Shown here: one piece after another, positions 49,300 to 60,645 of the stretch
Position numbering within the stretch: position 1 is the first letter of the stretch
Layout of the letters: each line of letters starts with the position of its first letter
DNA from: Nageia nagi
Taxonomy: Eukaryota > Plantae > Pinophyta
DNA: 64,000 nucleotides
Direction of reading: 5' to 3'
Assembly: GCA_050084985.1 (NCBI GenBank)
Contig: JBITNC010000001.1
Span: 98,270,001 to 98,334,000, forward strand
Notes under the pieces: model-generated
The model's input: only the letters and a program-made list of their open reading frames with translations
What the model was told of the DNA's origin: nothing
Database searches by the model: none
Position numbers and translations under genes: made by a program

Positions 49300-52200
49300 C
49301 AGTGACTGTAGACTTAAGTGATGATCCTAAAAATCCCAAGATAGTACAATTAGGAACATCTTTCAATGAAAAGGAAAAGAACATATTCATAACCATTCTA
49401 AAAGAGAAACAAAAGGTATTTGCATGGTCTTATGCAGATAGGCTTGGACTAAATTCGAAGTTAGTCGTACACAACCTAGAAATGAAGGAAGATGCTAAAC
49501 CTGTTAAATAAAAACTAAGGAAAATGCATCCTGCAATTGCTTTAATGGTGAAAGAAGAATTGCAAAAATTATTTAAAGAAAAGTTTATCCAACCTATTGA
49601 CTAATTGGATTGGATTTCCAACATGGTTCCGGTTAAAAAGCCTAACAAAAAAATTCGAATTTGCATAGACTTTAGAAACTTGAAAAAAGCATGTCCGAAA
49701 GATGATTTTCCTCTTCCAAATATCTATAATTTAGTAGATTCTATGGTTCGACATGAGATGCTTTCATTAATGGATGGATTCGTTGGATATAATTAGATAA
49801 GGGTAGCTACAAAAGACTAATATAAGACAACATTATCAGTCTGCAAGGTACCTTTTTTATAAAGTGATGCCCTTTGGTTTGAAGAATGCTGGGGCAACTT
49901 ATCAAAGAGAAATGACATACATCTTCCATGACCATATGAATGACATTATGGAAGATTATGTGGATGACCTATTGGCTAAATCAAAAACTAGAGAGCAACA
50001 TCCATAAGTACTAATTAAAATCTTTGATAGATTGCTAGAACATAATGTGAGATGAAATCCGAAGAAGTGCATGTTCAGAGTTACTTTTGGAAATTTATTA
50101 GGTTTCATTGTATCTAGGCATGGAATATAAGTAGACCCCAACAAAATAAGAGCTATAGTAGATATGCCTCCTCCTTTGAGTATAAAACAATTGCAAAGCT
50201 TACAGGGGAAATCACAAGCGATCAAGTGTTTTATATCTCAACTATTTGACAAATGTAAGCCTTTCAATAAATTGTTAATAAAGGAAATTACTTTTGATCG
50301 GGTAAAGAATAGCAAGAGGTGTTTGACGAAATAAAATATTATCTCTTATCACCACCAGTATTGGTTCTCCCTAGAGAAGGAGAACCATTTCTACTATATT
50401 CGTTAGCCATCGAAACTGCCTTAGGTACTATGATTGCACAAAAGAATGAAAATAACAAAGAACAAGCTATATATTATCTTAGTCAAACCTTAGTTGACTC
50501 TGAAATAAAGTATCTATACATGGAAAAATTGTGGTGTTTGCAACAAAAAAGCTTAGACATTATATGTTTAACCATACAACTTATGTGATTTCCAAAGCAG
50601 ATCCACTAAAATATATGATGAACAAGACATCAAAATGCAAGAACATTCAAGCAGATTATGTATTTAATAGTTTGAATTGCAATATATAAAGGTCAAGTTA
50701 TAGTAGATTACCTTGTAGAAGCCCCATTAGAGGATGATAAGATGCTTGTAATTGAATTACTAGATGAACACGTATTTCATCTAGATGAAATGAAACTCCC
50801 CGTGGAACCTGAAAAGGATTGGGTAATGATCATTTATTTTGACAAATCTAGATGTGAACAAAGTGGAGGTGCTGGCATTGTATTTGTCATGTTGCAAGGA
50901 GCACCCATTCCCTATTCTTTTAAACTAAATTTTCCCTATACAAATAATAATGTTGAATATGAAGCTTTAATAGTAGCCATGAAAATCGCCATAAAATTAA
51001 AAATGAAAAGAGTAAAAGTCATTGGTGATTCATTATTACTAGTAAATAAAGTTAAGAGAATCTTTTAGTGTAAGAAGTATTTACTTTAGAAGTATAATAC
51101 GTTATTCAATTTGTTATTACAATATTTTGAAAAACATGAATTAGAAACTGATCCTAGATCAACTAATAGGTTTGCTGATGCTATGGCATTAATTGGATCA
51201 CTCATACCACAAGATCCTCATAGATGTATTATTCATATTGAAGTGGTTCAAATTACTGAATCTTCCTTAGATGAAAGTGAAGAATCTTATGAATTTTGAA
51301 CATTACCATGGAAGATAAGAACCTATGGCATGATCAACTAGTTAAATTTCTAAGCGATGAAGTCATATCAAAAGACCTAACTAAGTTAGCCAAAAAAGAT
51401 TTCAAGATTCTTGTTATTAGATGTTAAGATATGTGTTGTACAATAAGATTTTAGATGGAATACTACTAAGCTGTTTTGAATGGGCTGATTCACAAATAAC
51501 TATCTCATGTGTACATGATGGGATATGTGAGGACACTTCAATGGTCCCACCATCACAAAGCGATTGATGCGCATGGGTTACTATTGGCCTACAATGGAAC
51601 ATGATTGTATTGAATATGTTAAAAAATATTTTAAATGTCAGCAACATGCTAAGTTATATATTCAACCATATCAATCCTTAACACTCATGCAATCCTTGTG
51701 GCCATTTTCAAGGTGGGCATTAGATTTGATAGGATAAATCTCGTCTACATCATCAGAAGGTTACAAGTTCATAATTATAGTGACAAAATACTTCACTAAA
51801 TGGGTGGAAGCTATTCCCATGATTTCAACTAAAAGACCTAAGATATCAAAATTCATCAAACATCATATTATATGTTGCTTTGGAATTTCTCCTCAAATAG
51901 TGATCGATAATGGAAAAAATTTTAAAATAAGTAAGTGTTAGCCTTGTGCAAAGGTTATCACATCAGGATTAGTTTTTAAACTCCATACTATCCCAAGGGA
52001 AATGGCTAAGTTGAGGTGACAAATAAAACCATTAGAAGTATTCTATTGAAAACTGTTAATAACTCTCATAGAGATTGGCATGCAAGAATTCCCCATGCTC
52101 TATGGGCGTATCATACAAGCATTAGAACTCCTACTGGGGCAACACCCTTCTCCTTGGTTTATGGAGCAGAAGTAGTGTTACCCTTAGAAATTGAAATCCC

Positions 52201-52573
52201 TTCCCTATGTGTGGCTTTACAAGATTATATAACTAATGAATTAGCCCTCTAGACAATGTTGGATCAACTCCTTCTACTAGACAAAAGACGAATCCAGGCC
52301 ATGGAACACATTAGAACTTATCAAAATTGAATAAAAAGAACCTTTGATAAGAAAGCCAAAATTCATGAATTCAATATAGGAGACTTAGTACTTAAAAAAT
52401 ATCAACAAACCTCTTGTATGGAACAACAACTCCATGATAAATTTGCCCTGAATTGGCTTGGACCATATGTTAAGAATTTTTTTGGATCAAGAGCTTATCA
52501 ATTAGTTGATATAAAAGAGAACAAAGAGCATGAGCCTATAAACATCACATGTCTTAGTCCTTTCTATAGTTAA
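49300..52573 (+). pseudogene. pol: pol: RT, RNase H, second (archaeal-type) RNase H and integrase, disrupted
   Basis: RT: VFAWSYAD, WISNMVPVKK..KIRICIDFRNLKKACPKDDFPLP, MPFGLKNAGATYQR, YVDDLL. RH: LLSPPVL...QAIYYLS. aRH: YFDKSR..GAGIV..TNNNVEYEAL..IGDSLL. INT: HDGICEGH..GYYWPTMEHDC..C, WALDLIG, FTKWVEA, TGATPFSLVYGAEVVLPLE. Confidence 0.95.
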
Positions 52574-53838
52574 AAAATCTTATATTTTTATTTGTATATA
52601 GTGTAGATATAATTAGGATAATATAGTACAAGGAACTAATAAATACATTTAATAATTCTCATAGAGATTGGCATGCAAGAATTCCCCATGCTCTATGGGC
52701 GTATCATACAAGCATTAGAACTCCTACTGGGGCAACACCCTTCTCCTTGGTTTATGGAGCAGAAGTAGTGTTACCCTTAGAAATTGAAATCCCTTCCCTA
52801 TGTGTGGCTTTACAAGATTATATAACTAATGAATTAGCCCTCTAGACAATGTTGGATCAACTCCTTCTACTAGACAAAAGACGAATCCAGGCCATGGAAC
52901 ACATTAGAACTTATCAAAATTGAATAAAAAGAACCTTTGATAAGAAAGCCAAAATTCATGAATTCAATATAGGAGACTTAGTACTTAAAAAATATCAACA
53001 AACCTCTTGTATGGAACAACAACTCCATGATAAATTTGCCCTGAATTGGCTTGGACCATATGTTAAGAATTTTTTTGGATCAAGAGCTTATCAATTAGTT
53101 GATATAAAAGAGAACAAAGAGCATGAGCCTATAAACATCACATGTCTTAGTCCTTTCTATAGTTAAAAAATCTTATATTTTTATTTGTATATAGTGTAGA
53201 TATAATTAGGATAATATAGTACAAGGAACTAATAAATACATTTAATAATTCTCATAGAGATTGGCATGCAAGAATTCCCCATGCTCTATGGGCGTATCAT
53301 ACAAGCATTAGAACTCCTACTGGGGCAACACCCTTCTCCTTGGTTTATGGAGCAGAAGTAGTGTTACCCTTAGAAATTGAAATCCCTTCCCTATGTGTGG
53401 CTTTACAAGATTATATAACTAATGAATTAGCCCTCTAGACAATGTTGGATCAACTCCTTCTACTAGACAAAAGACGAATCCATGCCTTGGAACACATTAG
53501 AACTTATCAAAATTGAATAAAAAGAACCTTTAATAAGAAAGCCAAAATTCATGAATTCAATATAGGAGACTTAGTACTTAAAAAATATCAACAAACCTCT
53601 TGTATGGAACAACAACTCCATGATAAATTTGCCCTGAACTGGCTTGGACCATATGTTAAGAATTTTTTTGGATCAAGAGCTTATCAATTAGTTGATATAA
53701 AAGAGAACAAAGAGCATGAGCCTATAAACATCACATGTCTTAGTCCTTTCTATAGGTAAAAAATCTTATATTTTTATTTGTATATAGTGTAGATATAATT
53801 AGGAGAATATAGTACAAGGAACTAATAAATACATTTAA
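52056..53838. repeat. 593-bp tandem triplication of the integrase 3' end and adjacent sequence
   Basis: tctcatagagattggcatg starts at 52064, 52657 and 53250 (period 593). The copies are about 99-100% identical. Confidence 0.97.
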
Positions 53839-53852
53839 ATTAGAAAGAAACA

Positions 53853-54830
53853 ATGATCAAGAGGAGGAAAAGCATCCATGTACCACTGGACAAAAGAGGA
53901 ATTTCACAAACATTATGGTTTGAGAGGTCTCGATACTTAGGGGATAAAGCTATATCATGACTTTCAATATTTACCTTCTGGGGATCTCAAAACTTCCTAC
54001 GACTACCTATTGAAATACAAAAGATTATAGCTTTGAACTATTGTCAAGGAAAGGATGATGGGTGGGAAGCACATATCAATGGAGATGACATTGAAATTCA
54101 TATAGAATCAAGGTACATACTTCTTGGTTTTTGGCATTATAGAACACAAATACATAAAATAAACCTATTATGTCTATATTGGCCAACTATAGCCCCTAAA
54201 CTTATACTGGATTGCATAATTAATGATTTCATCTTGGACATTGCCATGTACACCCTTGATAATTTAGGCTTGGTTTTGAATTGGATAAATCATCTTGCAG
54301 AAGATGTGTGCCATCAAAAGCTAGTATATGATTTTTCTCCTTAATTTGTACCCAAACCTAAGAGGCCAAAAAGAATTAAGCAAAAAATCAATCAAAGCTT
54401 TGTTCATTTAAAATCAAGGTTTCCTTATCCTCCATCTCATAACATTCAAAAGAGATTCCTTGTAAGACAACCATAAAGAGGGTTCCACTCAACAAAATTC
54501 CAATTTGATCTTGCCAATCAAAATTTTATGGATAGGTATAGAGGAGATGCTTATATGAAGCTATTAGGAAGAAATCCCTCTACACTTATTTCTCATTTTT
54601 TATCCCTACCAAAAAGAGATTCAAAAGGTGATTATGAATTTTTATTTTTAATATTTGAACATAAAGGATTAATATATTATTCTTCAATTACATTTTGAAA
54701 GAGAATTTTTATGAATAGTCCATCGTCCATGGATCAAAAAATAGTGAACAGACGTTTCAATCAAAGATGCACAGGACCTGATCCAAGATTTGAAGATCGA
54801 GAATGGGTAGGATAATTTTACTATCCTTAA
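53853..54830 (+). pseudogene. Accessory ORF-A of the Ogre/Tat element (about 325 codons, decayed), with an F-box-like motif and an NLS-like segment
   Basis: One frame runs from ATG 53853 to TAA at about 54830 with no frameshift and five internal TAA/TGA stops. It includes the tracked ORF 54033-54344. Motifs: FLRLPIEIQKII (53994-54029) and PKPKRPKRIKQK. Confidence 0.6.
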
Positions 54831-54895
54831 TGCTTACCTACAATTAAGGATTAATTGTAGCTAAAATTTACTATCCTTAATTGTAGGTAAGCATT
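54829..54895. repeat. Perfect 23-bp inverted repeat with a 21-nt loop
   Basis: aatgcttacctacaattaaggat (54829-54851) is the reverse complement of atccttaattgtaggtaagcatt (54873-54895). Confidence 0.95.
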
Positions 54896-54908
54896 CACTT
54901 GTGACATA

Positions 54909-55472
54909 ATGAGTTATCCAAATTGTGTTTTTGAACCCATCTCTCAATGTGCATCTAATCCTATCCGCATTCCACCCACCAATTGGGATTTATCATCACC
55001 TATCACTTTACATTTGCCTTGCACATTTATATATTCACATATACATCTATCTTCTCTATCAGAAAATGTGGAACTTAATTGCTTTTATGATTTACCCGAA
55101 TGCATCCAACACAAAATCCTATTCATGGCAATGATGTCAAATGTTTTTGACAAATCTAATCAAGCCTTTTACGACCTAGAAAACTCTATGGATGTGAGTA
55201 TTGTGATAAATCATGAATCATGTTGGGGAACCTATTTTGTTTATGACATACCTAATGAAGAATTCCTCAAAATCTTGATGCACTTATTGTATTGTCTAGG
55301 GTTTATTTGGAGAATAACACTCAATGCATGTGTGAATACCTTTGTAGGCAAGTTCATTTCATTTTTCGATCCACCATCTTTGCACCCTCATGAATCATTT
55401 AATCCACTCACTATAGCTCACATTATGTCACAAAATATATTCCATTGGGATACTATGTTGTCTCCACAATAA
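54909..55472 (+). CDS. Accessory ORF-B of the Ogre/Tat element (187 aa), with an F-box-like motif; function unknown
   Basis: It is the longest uninterrupted ORF in the window and starts with ATG. Motif FYDLPECIQHKIL starts at 55083. The same frame continues past the stop into ORF 55494-55688. Confidence 0.5.
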   Translation: MSYPNCVFEPISQCASNPIRIPPTNWDLSSPITLHLPCTFIYSHIHLSSLSENVELNCFYDLPECIQHKILFMAMMSNVFDKSNQAFYDLENSMDVSIVINHESCWGTYFVYDIPNEEFLKILMHLLYCLGFIWRITLNACVNTFVGKFISFFDPPSLHPHESFNPLTIAHIMSQNIFHWDTMLSPQ

Positions 55473-57379
55473 TGTGCAATCATACCTATTGGCATGTCAA
55501 GCATACCTTTCATACATTTTGTCATTTTTGCACCATTTCCCATCGTTAGTTGTTGCAAATCTACATATAACATAGGATTCTCTTTGATGTGTTGGATGAA
55601 GATTAAAAGCAAAAAACTCAAAAAAAAATTCAAAAAATTTAAAAATCCAAAAAATTCTATATATATATATATATATTTATATACTTAAAAATTATATTTT
55701 TGAAGCATCTTGGCTATTGGGTGTGCTGCTCATCATATCTATTCCATTCCATTATATATACTTTGTATTACCTATCATCTGTGAGTGATAAAACTATTGA
55801 GCGTCAAACATGTTAATGTTATGACTCACCAAGCTATATATATCATCCACTTATCCATCTACTATCCATACACATAACTGTACTTATAAATAAGGAAGTG
55901 TTTTAGGAATATAATATTCATATTTGATTTGGTCAAAGCATCTAATGTGAAGTTTTTGAAACTTCACATGATAAACAAATAAAACTATGATACATCATCA
56001 ATATATTACAAACTCATGCACATTTTCACACTTAAAATCTCAAAAAAATTAAAAGCTAGATGTTGCTTGAGCATAATTTCGAGTAATTATTCATCCTATT
56101 ATTTCATTTCATCTCGAACCCAAGAGATAGGATTCAAAAAAAAAGAAAAAAGAAATAAGAAAAAAAATATAAGATTAAAAAAAAAGGAAAAAAAAGAGAC
56201 AAGTAAAATTCTTGGGTGATTATAGTATCTTCTATCAAGGCTATGTATGCCTAACTAACAATAGAGCAAGGTTGTAGCAGGATCTAGAGGTTAATCTCCA
56301 TCAGGGCTATGGATATCTATCTGGCAGTGGGGCATACCTTACGAAGTGGCAACATGTCGATTCCTAATAGTGGACCAATGTACATTTTATATGGACCAAT
56401 TAGCTTACATATTTTATGCTCTTGAAACATTAAGCTTGTGAGTGTCAAGAGAAGGAAATGGACATCATTGCCCACACATGAGTTCACAATATAGTTATGT
56501 ATGTGTATTATAACCTTGTTTTATATCATCCCTAGTAGATGAAATTTGAACAAAAGATCATTTGATGAAATCAATAATTGAATGTCTTATTTAATACACT
56601 TCTTTATTATATTATCCGTCTATCCCACTTCATGATATATACATTATTATTATAAGCTTGATGAGTTATTTACATGTCATGTTTGACATTTGTATGGTTA
56701 TATCATTCACCTACTTATCCATTTTCATGACCAAATATTTACACACCATCACCTACTATCCTATTAGATTGAAAGCCAATGTTCATATTTTACCACATGT
56801 TCATTCATTTTACACATCCATATGTTCCCATTTCCATAAATAATTTGTGTATTGTTTCATTATGTTTGTTTATCCATTCCTTGTCATATGTGTACATCAA
56901 TCATCTATGAAATAGCCAAGAACAGAAAATGATGCAATTTGAATCTGTACTACTATAAATAAAATATTATTCCAAAACAAAACACTCCACATGTATCAAT
57001 TAACTTCTAGCTATCAGTATTCCATCTAAATAACTTGAACAACTAATCATAAACAATGCATATCATTTCATTAATAATAAAAATAAAATCCCTAACTCAT
57101 ACATCTAGTAAAACATGTCATCAATAGCCATAAATCATGAGTATAAAACTATAAATATGCACAAAATATCATCATCAATAATAATCATAATCATCATAAA
57201 AGTAACATCAATATCATCATCATCAAAATATAAAATATATAGCAATTAATCAAAAAATAATCACGTCCATCCATGAAGCTACATCATGCCCTCCATGATT
57301 CCAAAAATAAGTAAAGTCAAATCTATATAGTCTAGCAAATAACATCATCATGAAAAATATAACAAACTCTAAGGCATCC

Positions 57380-59726
57380 TCATGCACTTCCCTCACCCTC
57401 ACCTTTGTTCTCTTTAGTACCTCAACCTAGATGAGTAGTGCCAACTGATCCACTAGGACTAGCCTCTTATCCATCCCTATTTAACTTTGAAGAACCTACA
57501 AGATGTTGAGATGATACCCCTACAGTCACACTCCTGCTATGGGACAAAGCTGATATGACTAGTTTTCTTTGGGTGCTGACAGTCCCCTAAGCCCCATTGG
57601 TTGTAGCCACTACATGTGCACTAATATCAATGGGAACATGCCCACTAGGAGGGAGAGGATACTGACCACTTGTATTAAATGTTGGAACACCACTCAACCA
57701 AGTATGAACTATACTCATATAAAAATACCTCAACATACAAATGCCTCACACAAAAGATGAGAACTAACTGTCTACCCCTACAGAAGAGCTTGCTATACGT
57801 TCCTACTACTCTTAAAACCTTTGGATGGTGGCACAACCCTTATCCCTCTCTCGCTTGTAGTGATTTCGCTTATCTCTATATCTATAATGATGTGAGTTGG
57901 CTTGAGCCAAATGATATCGTAACTCATATATATCACCTAACAAGGAGTCAATACTAGGCACCTATGATGGAGGTACCTCATCCCCTCCTATGTCTCCCTC
58001 CTCTCCTTGAGTAGCCTCCTCCTCACCCTATGTGGCCCTCTCAAGAACATCAGTTGCAATCTCTAGCTTGACCTCCTTAGAGATATCTGTTGTAGGCTCT
58101 ACTCCAATCTCCTCTGCCATACCCTCCTCAACATCTACTCATTGCTGTACCTGACATCCCTAAGCCTCCTCATCCATCTCCTTTAACTCTACCTACCACT
58201 AGGAAGTGAAAGCCTTAGTCACTCCAACATCATCCTTAGCAGACTCCTCCTCAACATCTTCCTCCTAAGTAGGTTTTGGTTTTGCATACACCAAGGTTTG
58301 TAGTCCATCAACTAGAAGGGTTCCATCTCATTGATATCTCATTAGCTTAGGGGGCACATCTTGAACCAATGCAAATGATGCTCACATGCTCAAAATAAAA
58401 GTACTCCATGAACTCAATTCCCCTACCACTCAGGACCCTCGCCTAATGAATATCTTTTAACTCAACCTCGAGCTCATCCCATGTCAGGTATAGATGGTAT
58501 GTCCTGAATAAGACATGATCAGGCACTAGATGGGATAGCATATCTTTGTAAAATCCTACATCCTACAAACTTCATCTATTTGATGCAAGTAAAAGTCATC
58601 CCTCCACCTCATGAATCCAGTTGAATACTCAGCATGGCTAGAGAAACCGAGAACATGTAATCCTAGGGGATGAGCAAATGGAATATGCTCATAAGCCCAT
58701 GCCTGTAAAGTGATCATCATCAAAAATGAAGCTTGATGACCCTAAGAATTGAAGAATAACTCTCTATAAATTTGAGCTAGTAAATTAGGTGTCCATGCAT
58801 AAATCATCCCATGATGGACCATATCTGCAATAATGGATAACAAGGAGCACAAAAATCTACCACTTCTAGTTTTCGAAAGAGCATAGCACTAGATCAACCC
58901 CATCAATATATAAAAATCTAATATTGCCCTACTAATCCTCCATCCAGTACTGGTAATAACGGATGGCCCCTAAACTAATCTCTGAAGCTATAACATACAC
59001 CCTATCTTCTCCATACAAATGAGAGATGGTTAGAAATGCACAATCCCTATCCACTATGTGCTAAATCCTACATCCATGAATAGGCAAGTGATATAGACAA
59101 TGAATGTCCTCCATTGTGATCATCATCTCCCCTATCAGGAGATGAAAGGTGGAAGTTGTAGAATCCCACCTCTCGAAAAGAGCAACCAATAAAGCGTACT
59201 CCCAATGAATCTGACCCATGAAGGGTCCCACTCCAAAACCAAATATCTAGAAAAATGCATGGTCTATGATAGTAAGAAACTAATATCCCTCTTGCAAAAT
59301 CGAAGGATATCACCCCCATCGACTGAATACATCATGAACCTAAAAATAAAAATTGCATAAGTAAAAAGAAACTAACTAAAAAAAAAAAGTTGATGACCCA
59401 AAGTCAGATGCTGATGATCAAGAAACCTAGTTGCAGGTTCATCGATGTTTGACCCTTAATGTCAATAATTTTGCTAAGCCTTGACCCTGGTTGGTGACCA
59501 TGATTGAGGGTTTTCAAAATTTTCAAAAAGCTAAAAAAATAAGCTAAAATGAAAAAATAAATGGTTGAAAATGCTTTAAATGCAAAAATAAAGACTTATA
59601 CGATTTTTATTTTGTGAATTGCTGAATAAAATATTAATTACAGGTAAAAGACTAAAATGAAGGTTTAAAAAACCCTACCTCATCCTAGATTGGTCTCCTC
59701 TAGCTAGCCGGTCATCGTTGTGGCAT
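57380..59726 (-). pseudogene. Antisense Plant Mobile Domain (aminotransferase-like, MAIN/MAIL1-related) gene of the element, two exons, disrupted by stops
   Basis: PMD signatures: ALLVALFERWDSTTSTFHLLIGEMMITMEDIHCLYHLPIHG (about 59200-59070) and YAWTPNLLAQIYREL...TLQAWAYEHIPF (about 58800-58680). An acidic tract and a coiled-coil-like segment follow. Exon 1 is 59726-59679 (MPQR*PAS*RRPI*DE), joined by a phase-0 GT..AG intron at 59678-59340. Confidence 0.85.
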
Positions 59727-60645
59727 GCTGGCCCTTAAATGTGAACAATAGCTAAAATAGTGGTCAAAAGTAAAAAAGAACATGGGTAGCAAGATGATAA
59801 GAGCTTTGAATTGAAAAAGCAAATAATAAAATGATAGTGGTTTTATTCTTTTTATTCCCACTGCACCTTGAAATGTCGACGACTGACGACGGATGCCGGT
59901 GATTCTTCCCAAACGCAAACGATTTCTTGAAGTATTAAAAACAACATATAAATTGGTAAAAAAAAATAATATAAAAACTTTTACAAAAAACAAAAATTCA
60001 TTTGTCCTCACTTCTAAAAAAAATAAAAAATAAAAAAGGGAAAATGATAATATAACCCTCCTTCCATGAATGAAAACAAGGTTGAAAATATAATATTCTT
60101 CCTATTATTGGAACACAATAAATCAACATTGAACAAGTCCTTGGTTTAGAAATTTACTCCAGGCCATGTGAATGAAAAGGACTTAAGCTTCTTTAACATT
60201 TTAAACTTCAAAAAATTGAACATGATTTGAAAATGAAATAATCTTTTGCACAAGATTATCACGAAACCCCACTATCAGCATAAAAGCCAGTACTCTCAAA
60301 ATCAAACTGATATACACAAAACTAAGCTTAATGACACATACTTGCTTTGACATGCAAAGATGAACAAGAGTCTCTTCATGCAATTTTCACAACAAGCACA
60401 TAGTATGTATGGTTAATACAAGCAATGTTTTAGTATAAATTTCAATTATTTTCAAAACGCATCAAGAGCAAAAGATGAAAACATTTTTAACCATGATTCA
60501 ATCAATTGAACTTGACTTTCTCGAGAGACTAAGTCAATTTTAAATACCGACCCCAGAGTCAAATTATCAAGCAAAGAAACACAACCTTATTTATTTTTGA
60601 ATTATCACCCACTTCTAATAACTAATAATTCAAAAAGGGGAAAAA

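Noticed and set aside
59411-59426. Hammerhead ribozyme core (CTGATGA...GAAAC)
   Set aside because: Only 4 nt separate the boxes, leaving no stem II, and I could not find flanking stems I and III.
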